Assembly: GCA_002898235.1 (NCBI GenBank)
Contig: BEIL01000003.1
Coordinates: 2,264 to 66,263 of the forward strand
Direction of reading: 5' to 3'
Source: a bacterium HR35
Lineage (GTDB): Bacteria > Patescibacteriota > Minisyncoccia > UBA6257 > HR35
DNA: 64,000 nt
Under the pieces are notes generated by a model, which worked only from the letters and a program-made list of their open reading frames with translations, did not search any database and was not told the DNA's origin. The position numbers and the translations under genes were made by a program. Shown here piece after piece: positions 47,761 through 57,800 of this stretch. Numbering within the stretch: position 1 is the stretch's first letter; the number at the start of each line of letters is the position of its first letter.

Positions 47761-47799
47761 AAAGAAAAGGGCGGAGCAATTAACTCCGCCCTTTTCTTT
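47761..47799. terminator. Intrinsic terminator
   Basis: aaagaaaagggcggag-caattaa-ctccgcccttttcttt, perfect 16-bp inverted repeat. Confidence 0.9.
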
Positions 47800-47853
47800 A
47801 AGAAAATTTTGTTATAAAATTTAAAAGATTGAATATTCAGCTAAATTTAAAAG

Positions 47854-48927
47854 ATGAAAAGTTTAATCGAAGATTTGCTTAGAAATAACTTAAAAGAAAG
47901 AGAGGTTTTGATTATTAAAAAAAGATTTGGTTTAGAAGAGGATGAAGAACCTTATTCTTTGGAAGCCATTGGGAAAAATTTAGGCATTACCCGAGAAAGA
48001 GTCAGACAAATTCAAAACAATGCTCTCCAAAAAATCAAAAAAGCGATAAATGATAATCCGAAAATAAAGGATTTTATTAAAGAAGTAAAAAGCTTGCTTG
48101 AACCCCTAGGAGTTAGAGAAGAAAGAAATTTTTATAAATTGCTAATAGAAAAAAAAATAGTCCGAGAGAGAGAAATTAATTATTTAAAATTTATTTTTAT
48201 TAATCATCAAGAAATTCATTATCATCCTGAAGATAAAGATTTAAACAGCTTCTATGCTAAATCTGAAGATTGGGCATTTTTCTTTCGCCATCTCTTAAAA
48301 AAAATAACGATTTATTTTTTAGAAAATAATAAAGAGATTTTTGAAGAAAATAAAATTTTCGAAATAATTGCTAAAGAGTTAAAAGCTCACTTGGCTGATT
48401 TAGAGCTTCAAGATTATTATGAGATTTTGAGAATTCTCAAGCCAGTTTATAAAAACCCTTTTGGAAAATGGGGATTTATTACCAATCATTTTGTTGTACC
48501 TTCGTCTTTAAAAGAAAAAATTTTAACGATTCTTAAAATTGAGGGCAAACCTCTTCATTTTACTGAAATTTATAATAAAATCTCTCAAGTTAGTGAAATT
48601 AGCGATGAATTTGTTCATCCAGCTTGGAAGAAAAAATATTCACTTGATTCAATTAAAAATGAGCTTATCAGACATCCAGAATTTGTTTTAGTGGGAAGAG
48701 GAATTTATGGTTTGAAAGAATGGGGATTTAAAGAGGGAACAGCTTTTGAACTTCTTAAAGAATTTTTAGCTTCTAAAAAAGAAGTTGATTTTGAAGAATT
48801 GATTGAATTTTTTAAAAATCAGCGTTTTATTAAATTAACAACCTTGAATATTTATCTCTATAGGCTTTTAAAAAGTAGATTTATTAAATTTGAAAAAGGA
48901 AAAATTAAAGTAGTCAAAAATGCTTAA
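47854..48927 (+). CDS. Sigma70 region-4 HTH + HARE-HTH (RpoE/delta-like) protein typical of CPR
   Basis: [25 protein letters not shown]; GKPLHFTEI..NELIRHPEFVLVGRGIYGLKEWG. Confidence 0.85.
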   Translation: MKSLIEDLLRNNLKEREVLIIKKRFGLEEDEEPYSLEAIGKNLGITRERVRQIQNNALQKIKKAINDNPKIKDFIKEVKSLLEPLGVREERNFYKLLIEKKIVREREINYLKFIFINHQEIHYHPEDKDLNSFYAKSEDWAFFFRHLLKKITIYFLENNKEIFEENKIFEIIAKELKAHLADLELQDYYEILRILKPVYKNPFGKWGFITNHFVVPSSLKEKILTILKIEGKPLHFTEIYNKISQVSEISDEFVHPAWKKKYSLDSIKNELIRHPEFVLVGRGIYGLKEWGFKEGTAFELLKEFLASKKEVDFEELIEFFKNQRFIKLTTLNIYLYRLLKSRFIKFEKGKIKVVKNA

Positions 48928-50257
48928 TTTTATAAACTATTTTTTATCTGATTTTATTAATCTTTTTTTAAATTTTTGGTGGTTAGTTTTACCAGTAATC
49001 TCAACCTACCTTTTTATTGAAAAATACCATCAAGATAAAATAAAAACGTTTGTTAAAGAGAAACTTAAATACAAATTTCTAGAAATTACTTTTCCGGAAG
49101 AGTCAATTAAAAATCCAAGATTAATGGATGAAGTTTTAGCTTCTCTTCATTCAACAGCTACTAAGTTTTCTTCTTTAAAACAATTTTTTACCGGTTCTTT
49201 TCCCTTAGCTTATATTTTTCTTTTAGAATTTCATGATAAAAAAATCAGATTTTTTATTGGTGCTTCTGAATCTCTCTTTCAATTTATTAAAACTTCTTTT
49301 TACAGCAAATACCCAGAAATAAAATTTAAAGAAAGTGAAACGCCACTTAAAAAATTTGATTTTAATCTACCCAATCCTCTTTTTGATGGTCTAATGTTTG
49401 ATGTTTTACCAGAAAACCCTGATTTTGTAATTTTAAAAACTTATAAAAATTTAGAAAAATTACCGCCAGAAGAAAGAATTGATCCAGCTTCTGTTTTTTG
49501 GGAATTAAAAGAAGCTATTTCTAACAAAGAATGGCTTTATTTTATCATTTTTGCCTTACCAGTTTTAGCTGATGATCCTATTTTAGGAAAAAATTGGGTT
49601 GGAGTTTATAAATCTATAATAGATGCAATCATTGGAAAACCAAAACCACCAGCTCCTAAATCATTTGATTATTATCTTCATGAGTTTTTTAAAAATCTTT
49701 TGGCTGAATTTTATAATATTTTTCTTGGTAGTTTTTTTAAAGCAGAACAGCCAATTGAATGGACACCAATTAAACCTCAACCAGCTCCACCTTTTGAATT
49801 TAATATTGGAAAATTAACGCCTGAACAAAAAGAAATTATCGATTTGATTTTAGAAAAAATTAAAAAACCAGGCTACTTAGTTAAAATTGAAGTTCTTTAC
49901 TTAACTCAAAAAATCAATTTTGAAAAAACTAAAAGTTATATTCCTTCTTTAATCCTTTCTGCTTTTAAAAATTTTACTTTTGAAAATTTAGGCAAAATTA
50001 AATTAGAACCCTTTTTTAAAATTTCTTCAACTGAACCACTTTACCAATTTAAAAACTTTCTTTTAACCTTAGCAAGTTTTGATAGTTTAAAAAAACACAA
50101 GGCTCTCATAATTAAAGCTGTTAAATTGACTAAAGATATAGCAGCTCCTAAGATGAAGTTTATTTTAAATACAGAAGAATTAGCGACTATTTTTCATCAC
50201 CCTTTAAAAATCGAAAGTAAAAGAAAAGAGGAATTAGAACCATCTTTCTTAAGCTAA
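48920..50257 (+). CDS. Conserved CPR membrane protein partnering the VirD4-like ATPase
   Basis: N-terminal TM, FLEITFP, YSKYPEIK, FILNTEELATIFHHP; directly upstream of the ATPase. Confidence 0.6.
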   Translation: MLNFINYFLSDFINLFLNFWWLVLPVISTYLFIEKYHQDKIKTFVKEKLKYKFLEITFPEESIKNPRLMDEVLASLHSTATKFSSLKQFFTGSFPLAYIFLLEFHDKKIRFFIGASESLFQFIKTSFYSKYPEIKFKESETPLKKFDFNLPNPLFDGLMFDVLPENPDFVILKTYKNLEKLPPEERIDPASVFWELKEAISNKEWLYFIIFALPVLADDPILGKNWVGVYKSIIDAIIGKPKPPAPKSFDYYLHEFFKNLLAEFYNIFLGSFFKAEQPIEWTPIKPQPAPPFEFNIGKLTPEQKEIIDLILEKIKKPGYLVKIEVLYLTQKINFEKTKSYIPSLILSAFKNFTFENLGKIKLEPFFKISSTEPLYQFKNFLLTLASFDSLKKHKALIIKAVKLTKDIAAPKMKFILNTEELATIFHHPLKIESKRKEELEPSFLS

Positions 50258-50269
50258 AATTATTTAACT

Positions 50270-51766
50270 ATGGAAGAAAGAATTATTTTAGGTAAAATAG
50301 TTTATCGAGAAAGAGAAGAATATTTTTCCTTAACTAAAGAAGATCGACGAAAACATTTTTATGTTATCGGAAAAACTGGAACAGGAAAAACAACTTTGCT
50401 TTTAAATATGTTAATTCAGGACATTAGGAATGGTGAAGGTGTTGGTTTTTTTGATCCCCATGGCGATGCTTTGCTTAAGCTTTTAAAATATATTCCTCAA
50501 GAAAGAATTGAAGATGTTGTTTTTCTTAATCCGGCCGATTTAGATCATCCTTTTGCTTTTAATCCCTTAGAAGATGTTGATTATTATAAAAGAACTTTAG
50601 TTACTTCAATGATTTTGTCTGTTTTTAAAAAAATCTGGCAAGATGCTTGGTCGGCTAGAATGGAATACATTCTTCAAAACTCAATTTTAACTCTTTTAGA
50701 ATATCCTGGCTCTACTCTTTTAGATATTAATCGACTTTTAGCTGATGATTCTTTTAGAAAGAGAGTAGTAAGTCAACTGAAAGATCCAGTAGTTAAAGCT
50801 TTTTGGGAAAATGAATTTGATAAATATCACCTTCAATTTAGAACAGAAGCGATTGCGCCAATTCAAAATAAAGTAGGTCAATTTATTGCTAATCCTCTTT
50901 TAAGAAATATTATTGGTCAAAGAAAAAGTACTGTTGATTTAAGTGAAATTCTTAATGAAGGGAAAATCTTTTTAGTTAACTTAGCTATTGGTCAAATAGG
51001 AGAAATTAGCGCCCAGCTTTTAGGAGGACTATTAATCAATGCTCTTTATTTAAAAGCAATGGAAAGGGTTAATATTCCTGAAGAAGAAAGAAGGGATTTT
51101 TATCTTTATATTGATGAGTTTCAAAATTTTGCTACCGAATCTTTTGTTAATATTCTTTCGGAAGCAAGAAAGTATAGATTCAATCTTATTTTAGCCCATC
51201 AATTTTTAGACCAACTTGATGAATCTTTAAAAAAAGCTATTTTAGGTAATGTTGGTTCAATGATGGTCTTTCGGGTAGGAACAATTGACGCTCAAATTTT
51301 CTTTGAAGAATTCGAAAGATTGGTTTCTTTAGAAAGTTTTCTTAACCTTCCTAGTTATTATGCTTATGTTAAAATTCTTTATCAAAATAAACCTCAAAGG
51401 CCATTTTTGGCTCAAACACTTCCTTTAGAGACAGAACCTGAAGTTAGTTATCTTGATGAAATTCTAAGTTATAATCATCTTAAATATTCAGCTCCTAGAG
51501 AAATAGTTGAAGCTCGAATTAGAAGAATTTATTTATCTTCAAAAAAAGAAGATTTTCTAATTTGTCGTCTTTGTGGAATTCAATTCCCCAATGATGAAGA
51601 TATTGAAATTTGCCCTAATTGTCGTCAAAGAGCTTTTGTTAAAGGAATTAGTTTAAAAGAATTAGCCAAAAAAAATTTTAGCGTTAAAATAAAAAAAGAG
51701 GAAAAAAATAAAAAGGTCGATCTTGATTCAATTTTAAAGAAATTAGAAGGAAATGAAAGTCAGTGA
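50270..51766 (+). CDS. VirD4/TrwB (type IV coupling protein)-like ATPase with C-terminal CxxC-CxxC
   Basis: DRRKHFYVIGKTGTGKT, DPHGD, LYIDEFQNF, SEARKY, AHQ, GNVGS. Confidence 0.88.
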   Translation: MEERIILGKIVYREREEYFSLTKEDRRKHFYVIGKTGTGKTTLLLNMLIQDIRNGEGVGFFDPHGDALLKLLKYIPQERIEDVVFLNPADLDHPFAFNPLEDVDYYKRTLVTSMILSVFKKIWQDAWSARMEYILQNSILTLLEYPGSTLLDINRLLADDSFRKRVVSQLKDPVVKAFWENEFDKYHLQFRTEAIAPIQNKVGQFIANPLLRNIIGQRKSTVDLSEILNEGKIFLVNLAIGQIGEISAQLLGGLLINALYLKAMERVNIPEEERRDFYLYIDEFQNFATESFVNILSEARKYRFNLILAHQFLDQLDESLKKAILGNVGSMMVFRVGTIDAQIFFEEFERLVSLESFLNLPSYYAYVKILYQNKPQRPFLAQTLPLETEPEVSYLDEILSYNHLKYSAPREIVEARIRRIYLSSKKEDFLICRLCGIQFPNDEDIEICPNCRQRAFVKGISLKELAKKNFSVKIKKEEKNKKVDLDSILKKLEGNESQ

Positions 51767-52310
51767 TTTAGCCAAAGGAGATCATTTGAAATTAGAAGGA
51801 AAAATTTTTGAAGTTGTCGAAATTAAACATTCTCATTTGGGCAGAGGCTCAGCTAATTTAACTTTAGTTTTAAGAAATGTTCAAACTAATCAACGGATTG
51901 AAAAAACCTTTAAACCCGATGAACAAATTGATTATTTGGAAGTTGAAAAAGAAAAATTGGTTTATAGTCATCGAGACAGTCAAAATTTTTATTTTAAAAG
52001 AGATAGCCAGCTTATTTCTTTGCCAACTAAACTCTTTGAAAATTTAAGTAAATTCTTAAAACCGAACTTAGAAGTTTTAGGTTATTTTAGCGAAGATGAA
52101 GAACTTCTTTGGGTAGAGTTGCCTAAAATCGTTGAATACTTAGTTGTTGAAACTGGACCTGACTTTAAAGGAAGTACAGTTCAAAGCAGTTATAAGCCAG
52201 CTAAAATTGAAACTGGCTTAGAAATTAAGGTTCCTTTTTTTATTAAAAATGGCGATTTGATAAAAGTCAATACTGAAACTGGAGAATACGTCGAAAGGGT
52301 ACAAAAATGA
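51753..52310 (+). CDS. efp: Elongation factor P
   Basis: HLGRGSA loop, KPAKIETGLEIKVPFFIKNGDLIKVNTETGEYVER. Confidence 0.95.
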   Translation: MKVSDLAKGDHLKLEGKIFEVVEIKHSHLGRGSANLTLVLRNVQTNQRIEKTFKPDEQIDYLEVEKEKLVYSHRDSQNFYFKRDSQLISLPTKLFENLSKFLKPNLEVLGYFSEDEELLWVELPKIVEYLVVETGPDFKGSTVQSSYKPAKIETGLEIKVPFFIKNGDLIKVNTETGEYVERVQK

Positions 52311-53938
52311 AACTCGATGAACTTCAAAATAAAATTGACATTCTTGAGGTGGTTCAAAAATATGTCAAGCTCAAACGAGTAGGCAAATATTATGCTGGTC
52401 TTTGTCCTTTTCATTCAGAAACTAAACCTTCTTTCTATGTTTCTCCTGAAAGGCAGATTTTTAAATGCTTTGGCTGCGGCGAAGGAGGAAATGTAATCTA
52501 TTTTTTGATGAAAATTGAAAATTTAAGTTTTCGGGAGGTTTTAGAAAAACTTAAGGAAGAATATGGTTTAGAAATAGATAAAATTTCCCAGTCAAAAATT
52601 TCTTCTAAAATTTTAGAAATAAACTATGCGGCCTTAAAATTTTTTCGCCAACAACTTAACACTAACTATCTTGAAGCTAAAAATTATTTAATTGAAAGAG
52701 GATTAACTCAAAAAACAATCGAAGACTTTGAATTAGGTTATTCACCTGGGGGGACAAGTCTAAGAGACTATCTTTACGCCCAAGGTTATTCTTTAGAAGA
52801 ATTAAAACAAGCTGGGCTTTTAGATGAGAACAATTTTGACCGGTTTCAACAAAGAATTATTTTTCCTTTAAGAAATGAGAAAGGTGATTTAGTTGGTTTT
52901 ACTGGTAGGATTTTTCCTGAAAAAGAAAAAGCTCCTAAATATCTCAACACTCCAGAAACTGATGTTTTTAAGAAATCAGAATTTCTCTATGGACTTTTTT
53001 ACTCTAAAGATTATATTTATTCCCAAAAAGAAGCAATTATTGTTGAGGGTCAGATTGATTTTCTTTTAAGTTTTCAAAATGGCTTAAAAAATATTGTTGC
53101 TGTTTCTGGTTCAGCCTTAACTGAAACTCATTTAAGAAAAATTAAAAAATATACTTCCAACTTAGTTTTAGCTTTTGATAATGATGAAGCGGGTTTTAGG
53201 GCTTCATTGCGAGCTAATCTTTTAGCTCAGAAATTAGATTTTCAAGTTTATCAATTGATCTATGACGAGAAAGATTTGGGTGAATTTTTTAAAAACAAAA
53301 GAGATTTAGCTGAAATCAAAAAAATCTACTTTCTTGATTATCTTTTAGAAACCTTAGACAAAAAATTTGGCCAGGGAAATAAAAAAACTTATCTTGAAAT
53401 TTTTTTACCTCAAATCCAAAACCTAAACCTTTCTGAAAAAGATAAATATTTAGATATTTTGTCCCAAAAATTAAATATTCCTAAAGATTTTCTTTTTGAA
53501 GAATTAAAGAAAATGCCGGCTTCTTTAACTTTTTCAGAAGAAGAAAAAATAGTTCCTGTATTGGATTTTGAAAAAAACCTATCTTTAAAAGCTGTTAGTC
53601 TTATTTATGCTTTCAATCTTAATGTTTTTGAAGAGGAATTTATTCCTTTTTTGAGTGAAGAAGCTAAAATTATTTATCTTAAATTTAAGGAAAATAATTT
53701 GACCTTTGAAGAAATAGATGAATTAGAAATGAGAAAGAGATTTTTTGAAGAAACTAGAATTAATCCTCAAAAAGAATGGGAAAAAACTCTAAAAGAGTTA
53801 AAAAGGATCTATTATAAAAAAACCATAGAAAAATTAAAAGAAGAACTGCGGTTTAGCTCCTCAGAGAATTATGATAAAATTATTCAAGAAATCAATTATT
53901 ATCTTCAAGAATTAAGAAAAATTGAAAAAAATGGCTAA
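52307..53938 (+). CDS. dnaG: DNA primase
   Basis: [47 protein letters not shown]. Confidence 0.97.
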   Translation: MKLDELQNKIDILEVVQKYVKLKRVGKYYAGLCPFHSETKPSFYVSPERQIFKCFGCGEGGNVIYFLMKIENLSFREVLEKLKEEYGLEIDKISQSKISSKILEINYAALKFFRQQLNTNYLEAKNYLIERGLTQKTIEDFELGYSPGGTSLRDYLYAQGYSLEELKQAGLLDENNFDRFQQRIIFPLRNEKGDLVGFTGRIFPEKEKAPKYLNTPETDVFKKSEFLYGLFYSKDYIYSQKEAIIVEGQIDFLLSFQNGLKNIVAVSGSALTETHLRKIKKYTSNLVLAFDNDEAGFRASLRANLLAQKLDFQVYQLIYDEKDLGEFFKNKRDLAEIKKIYFLDYLLETLDKKFGQGNKKTYLEIFLPQIQNLNLSEKDKYLDILSQKLNIPKDFLFEELKKMPASLTFSEEEKIVPVLDFEKNLSLKAVSLIYAFNLNVFEEEFIPFLSEEAKIIYLKFKENNLTFEEIDELEMRKRFFEETRINPQKEWEKTLKELKRIYYKKTIEKLKEELRFSSSENYDKIIQEINYYLQELRKIEKNG

Positions 53939-55016
53939 AAAATCTTTAAAAATAGATAAAAAGATTAATGCTAAAATCAATTATCTTATTAAGAAAGGGA
54001 AAGAAAAGGGTTTTATTTTAGAAGATGAAATTTTAGATTTATTTCCTACAATTGATGAAAAACTTGAGCTTTTAGAATATATTTATGAAAGATTAGAAAC
54101 TGCTGGAATTGAAATCCAAAGCTCGAATAATCGCTGGGAATTAACTAAAGAAGAAATTGAAAAATATCTAGGTCATGATGATGAACTGATTGATGCTACT
54201 CAAAAATATTTAATGGAAATCTCCCGCTATCCCCTTTTAACTCCAGAAGAAGAAAGAGAATTGGCTAAAAAAGCATCTCAAGGAGATGATGAAGCTCGAG
54301 AAAGATTAATAAAATCAAATTTAAGATTAGTTGTTAGTATTGCTAAGAAATATTTAGGCAAAAGTCGGGGACTTACTTTTTTAGATTTGATTCAGGAAGG
54401 TAATATTGGTTTAGCTAAAGCCGTTGATAAATTTGACTGGCGTCGAGGTTTAAAATTTTCTACCTATGCCACTTATTGGATTCGGCAAGCAATTACTCGA
54501 GCTTTATCTGATCAAGCTCGAACTATTAGATTACCTGTTCATATTATTGAAACTTTTTATAAATTAAATAAAGTTAAAAAAAGATTAAGTAGTATTCTTA
54601 ATCGAGAACCAACTCCTGAAGAATTAGCTTCAGAAATAGGCTTACCTACAAATAAAGTTCAAAAACTCCTTAAATATCTTCATGATACTATTTCTTTGGA
54701 AACACCTATTGGTGATGAAGGTGATGCTTTACTTAAAGAGTTAATTCCTGATTTAAATACCGAAACTCCAGACAAAGTAGCAGCTATAAGCGTTTTAAAA
54801 GAACAACTAAAAAAAGCTATTTTAGATTTAAGTCCCAAAGAAAGAAAGATTATTAGCTTGCGTTATGGTTTAGAAGATGGAACCGAACATACCTTAGAAG
54901 AGATTGGAAGGATTTTTGGAATTACTCGCGAAAGAGTAAGACAAATTGAAATTAGAGCTTTAGAAAAACTTAGAAATCATCCATTAATTCTTAAAATTAA
55001 AGAACAAGAGTTTTAA
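53931..55016 (+). CDS. rpoD: Primary sigma factor RpoD/SigA
   Basis: [51 protein letters not shown]; follows dnaG. Confidence 0.96.
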   Translation: MAKKSLKIDKKINAKINYLIKKGKEKGFILEDEILDLFPTIDEKLELLEYIYERLETAGIEIQSSNNRWELTKEEIEKYLGHDDELIDATQKYLMEISRYPLLTPEEERELAKKASQGDDEARERLIKSNLRLVVSIAKKYLGKSRGLTFLDLIQEGNIGLAKAVDKFDWRRGLKFSTYATYWIRQAITRALSDQARTIRLPVHIIETFYKLNKVKKRLSSILNREPTPEELASEIGLPTNKVQKLLKYLHDTISLETPIGDEGDALLKELIPDLNTETPDKVAAISVLKEQLKKAILDLSPKERKIISLRYGLEDGTEHTLEEIGRIFGITRERVRQIEIRALEKLRNHPLILKIKEQEF

Positions 55017-56107
55017 TGTTTTATCGGAAATATCGACCAAAAAATTTCAGTGAGGTAGTTGGCCAAGAAATTGTTATTAGAATTTTAAAAAATATGATAA
55101 AAAGAGGTGAGATTTTACATGGCTATCTTTTTGCTGGTGAACGAGGAACAGGCAAAACCACTGTAGCCCGAATTTTTGCCAAAACAGTTAATTGTCTTAA
55201 TCCTCAGGAAGGAGAAGCTTGTGAAAAATGTCAAATTTGTAAATTATGGAACGAGGGTAAGTTTTTAGATATTGTCGAAATTGATGCTGCTTCTCATAGA
55301 AAAATCGATGATGTCAGAAGTCTTCAAGAACATATTGGCTTTAAACCTCTTCAAGGTAAATACAAGGTTTTTATTATTGATGAAGCTCATATGTTAACCG
55401 AAGAAGCTTTTAACGCTCTTTTAAAAACTTTAGAAGAACCACCAAAGCATGTAATTTTTATTTTAGCTACCACTGAACCAAGTAAAATTCCCCCAACTAT
55501 TCTTTCTCGGCTTCAAAGATTGGATTTTAAAAGAATTTCTCTGCCTCAAATTGTTGAAAAACTAAAAAAAATTTTAGAAAACGAAAAAATCGATTATGAA
55601 GAAGAGGCTTTATATTTAATTGCTGAAGAGGCTGAGGGTTCTTTAAGAGATGCTGAAACTTTATTAGAAAAAGTAGTTATTAGTTTAAATCCTGAACCAA
55701 AAATTACTCAAGATTATGTTGCTGAATTTTTGGGTCAAATTAGTACTAACAAGGTTTTGAATTTTTTAGATAATCTTTTAGACAAAAAAACAGATTTAGC
55801 TTTAGAATTTTTACATGATATTTACAAAAACGGCTATGAAATATCCAGTTTTTTAAAATCATTAATTAAAATTTTAAAAGAGATTATTTTTATCAAAGTT
55901 AATAAAAATTTTGCTAAACATCTCTCCAGCGAAAGATCTTCTGAAATAACTGATAAAATGATTGAAATTGCTTCTAAAGCTGATTTGGAAACTTTTAAAA
56001 AACTTTTAAGACTCTTTTTTGAAGCTGACTCTCTTTTGAGAAAAGAACCACCTCATCCTCTCCTTCCTTTGGAAATAGCTGTTATTGAGTTCGTTAGTTT
56101 AAGGTGA
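55016..56107 (+). CDS. dnaX: DNA polymerase III subunit gamma/tau
   Basis: YRKYRP, GERGTGKT, EIDAAS, IIDEAHML, NALLKTLEEPP. Confidence 0.97.
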   Translation: MFYRKYRPKNFSEVVGQEIVIRILKNMIKRGEILHGYLFAGERGTGKTTVARIFAKTVNCLNPQEGEACEKCQICKLWNEGKFLDIVEIDAASHRKIDDVRSLQEHIGFKPLQGKYKVFIIDEAHMLTEEAFNALLKTLEEPPKHVIFILATTEPSKIPPTILSRLQRLDFKRISLPQIVEKLKKILENEKIDYEEEALYLIAEEAEGSLRDAETLLEKVVISLNPEPKITQDYVAEFLGQISTNKVLNFLDNLLDKKTDLALEFLHDIYKNGYEISSFLKSLIKILKEIIFIKVNKNFAKHLSSERSSEITDKMIEIASKADLETFKKLLRLFFEADSLLRKEPPHPLLPLEIAVIEFVSLR

Positions 56108-56152
56108 TTTTTATGCTATAATTTTAAAGGTAATTTTAATTATCTTTAATTT

Positions 56153-56226
56153 TGGGGGGTGGTGTAATGGTAGCACAAGGGACTTTGGATCCCTTGGTCC
56201 TGGTTCGAATCCAGGCCCCCCAGCCA
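56153..56226 (+). tRNA. tRNA-Gln(TTG), CCA encoded
   Basis: TGGGGGG/CCCCCCA acceptor, AGGGA-CT-TTG-GA-TCCCT; upstream TGcTATAAT at 56114-56122. Confidence 0.95.
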
Positions 56227-56233
56227 GATAAGT

Positions 56234-56659
56234 TCAAAAAAGACCGTTTTTCTGGAATAAAACACTTTTTACTAATTTATCAGCTCTTTGGTTTTCTTCT
56301 CGAGGAATAATCTTTATTTCAATTTCTCCAAAATCTATTTTTAGGTTCCAAAATTGAATAAAATATCTTTGAAGATTTTCTTCTAAAATTTTATACTCGC
56401 CTCTAAGTTGCTTCCCTACTAGCTCGCTATCTAAATGAAGAATAATTTTATAATTTTTTATTTTTTCTTTACCTAAAAATTTTTTTATTTTTTCTAAAGC
56501 AAAAATAACCGCTTCATATTCTGCTTCATTATTAGTTTTAATCCCTATTTCTTTAGCGTATTCTTTTATTTTATCTTCAAATTTAATAATAACACCAATA
56601 GCTGATTTTCCTGGATTATTAAGACTACCGCCATCAGTATAAACAAAAATTTCTTTCAT
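56234..56659 (-). CDS. rnhA: Ribonuclease HI family protein
   Basis: YTDGGSLNNPG, TNNEAEYEA, DSELV, IPREENQRADKL. Confidence 0.92.
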   Translation of the reverse strand: MKEIFVYTDGGSLNNPGKSAIGVIIKFEDKIKEYAKEIGIKTNNEAEYEAVIFALEKIKKFLGKEKIKNYKIILHLDSELVGKQLRGEYKILEENLQRYFIQFWNLKIDFGEIEIKIIPREENQRADKLVKSVLFQKNGLF

Positions 56660-57774
56660 TTTTCGAAAATCGGTAGTTTCTCAGTAGCTAAATATTCTAA
56701 CATCGCTCCACCACCAGTCGAAATAAATTTAAATTTTTTGAGAAGTTTTTTTCTTTCTAAAAAACCTAAAGTATCTCCTCCACCAACTAAAATAAAATTG
56801 TTTTTAAGAGAAGCTAAAAATTTAGCTAAATTTAAAGTTCCTTTTTCGCTTTCTTTTTTTTCAATTATTCCAAGTGGTCCATTCCAGATGATTATTTTTG
56901 CTTTTCTTAATTCCTTAAAAATATTTTCTAAATTAAAAACATCAATAATTTCATCCTCTTTATCAATTTCTCCTAAGTTTTTTATTTCAAGCTTGCCATT
57001 TCTATCTTTAACCTTAAAACTAAAAGGAACTAATACTTTTCCGCTTCTAATTTTTTTAATTTCTTCTATCATTTCTTCTTCGACTAAACTTTTGCCAACC
57101 TCAAAGCCTAAAGCTTTAAGATAAGTATTAGCTAAACCTCCTGCTAAAAAAATTAAATTAGCTTTCTTTAAAAATTTCTTTATTAAAGGCAATTTAGTTG
57201 AAATTTTAGCTCCTCCCAAAATAAATGCTGAGTTTTTTGATTTTAAAACTTTATTTAAAAGTGTTATTTCTTTTTCAAAATTAAAACCAAAATAGGTTGG
57301 TAAAAGTTTAGGTAAAAGATAAACAGAAGTATGTTTTCGATGACTAACAGAAAAAGCGTCATTAACAAAAACTTCTCCTAAGCTGCTTAATTTCTGTGCA
57401 AAGTCTAAATCATTCTTCTTTTCTTCCGGCCAAAACCTTATGTTCTCTAATAAACTAAACTTTTCTTGGGAAATTTGATTTAAATCTTCTAAAAACCCAA
57501 TTTTAATCTTTAATACTTTTTGAATTAAAGGCAAAATCCTTTTAAGAGAATATTTTCCTTCTTTTCTTTCTGGATCATTGAAGTGGCTAATTAAGATAAC
57601 TTTTTTTGCTTCTTTTAAAAAATTAATTGTTTCTTTTATTGCTTCAATTCTGTATTTTCCATAAAAATTTCCGTTTATTTCTTCTAAATTAAAATCAACT
57701 CTTAAAATTACTTTTTTATCTTTGATTTTATCTTTATTAAGTCTTAAAAGCTGTGTGTTTTTAAGTTTTATCAT
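56656..57774 (-). CDS. pgk: Phosphoglycerate kinase
   Basis: LRVDFN, LLENIRF, VNDAFSVSHR, GGAKISTK, WNGPLG, STGGGAMLEYL. Confidence 0.96.
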   Translation of the reverse strand: MIKLKNTQLLRLNKDKIKDKKVILRVDFNLEEINGNFYGKYRIEAIKETINFLKEAKKVILISHFNDPERKEGKYSLKRILPLIQKVLKIKIGFLEDLNQISQEKFSLLENIRFWPEEKKNDLDFAQKLSSLGEVFVNDAFSVSHRKHTSVYLLPKLLPTYFGFNFEKEITLLNKVLKSKNSAFILGGAKISTKLPLIKKFLKKANLIFLAGGLANTYLKALGFEVGKSLVEEEMIEEIKKIRSGKVLVPFSFKVKDRNGKLEIKNLGEIDKEDEIIDVFNLENIFKELRKAKIIIWNGPLGIIEKKESEKGTLNLAKFLASLKNNFILVGGGDTLGFLERKKLLKKFKFISTGGGAMLEYLATEKLPIFEK

Positions 57775-57800
57775 CTCTTGCGGGCCTTTTTTATTTTTGT

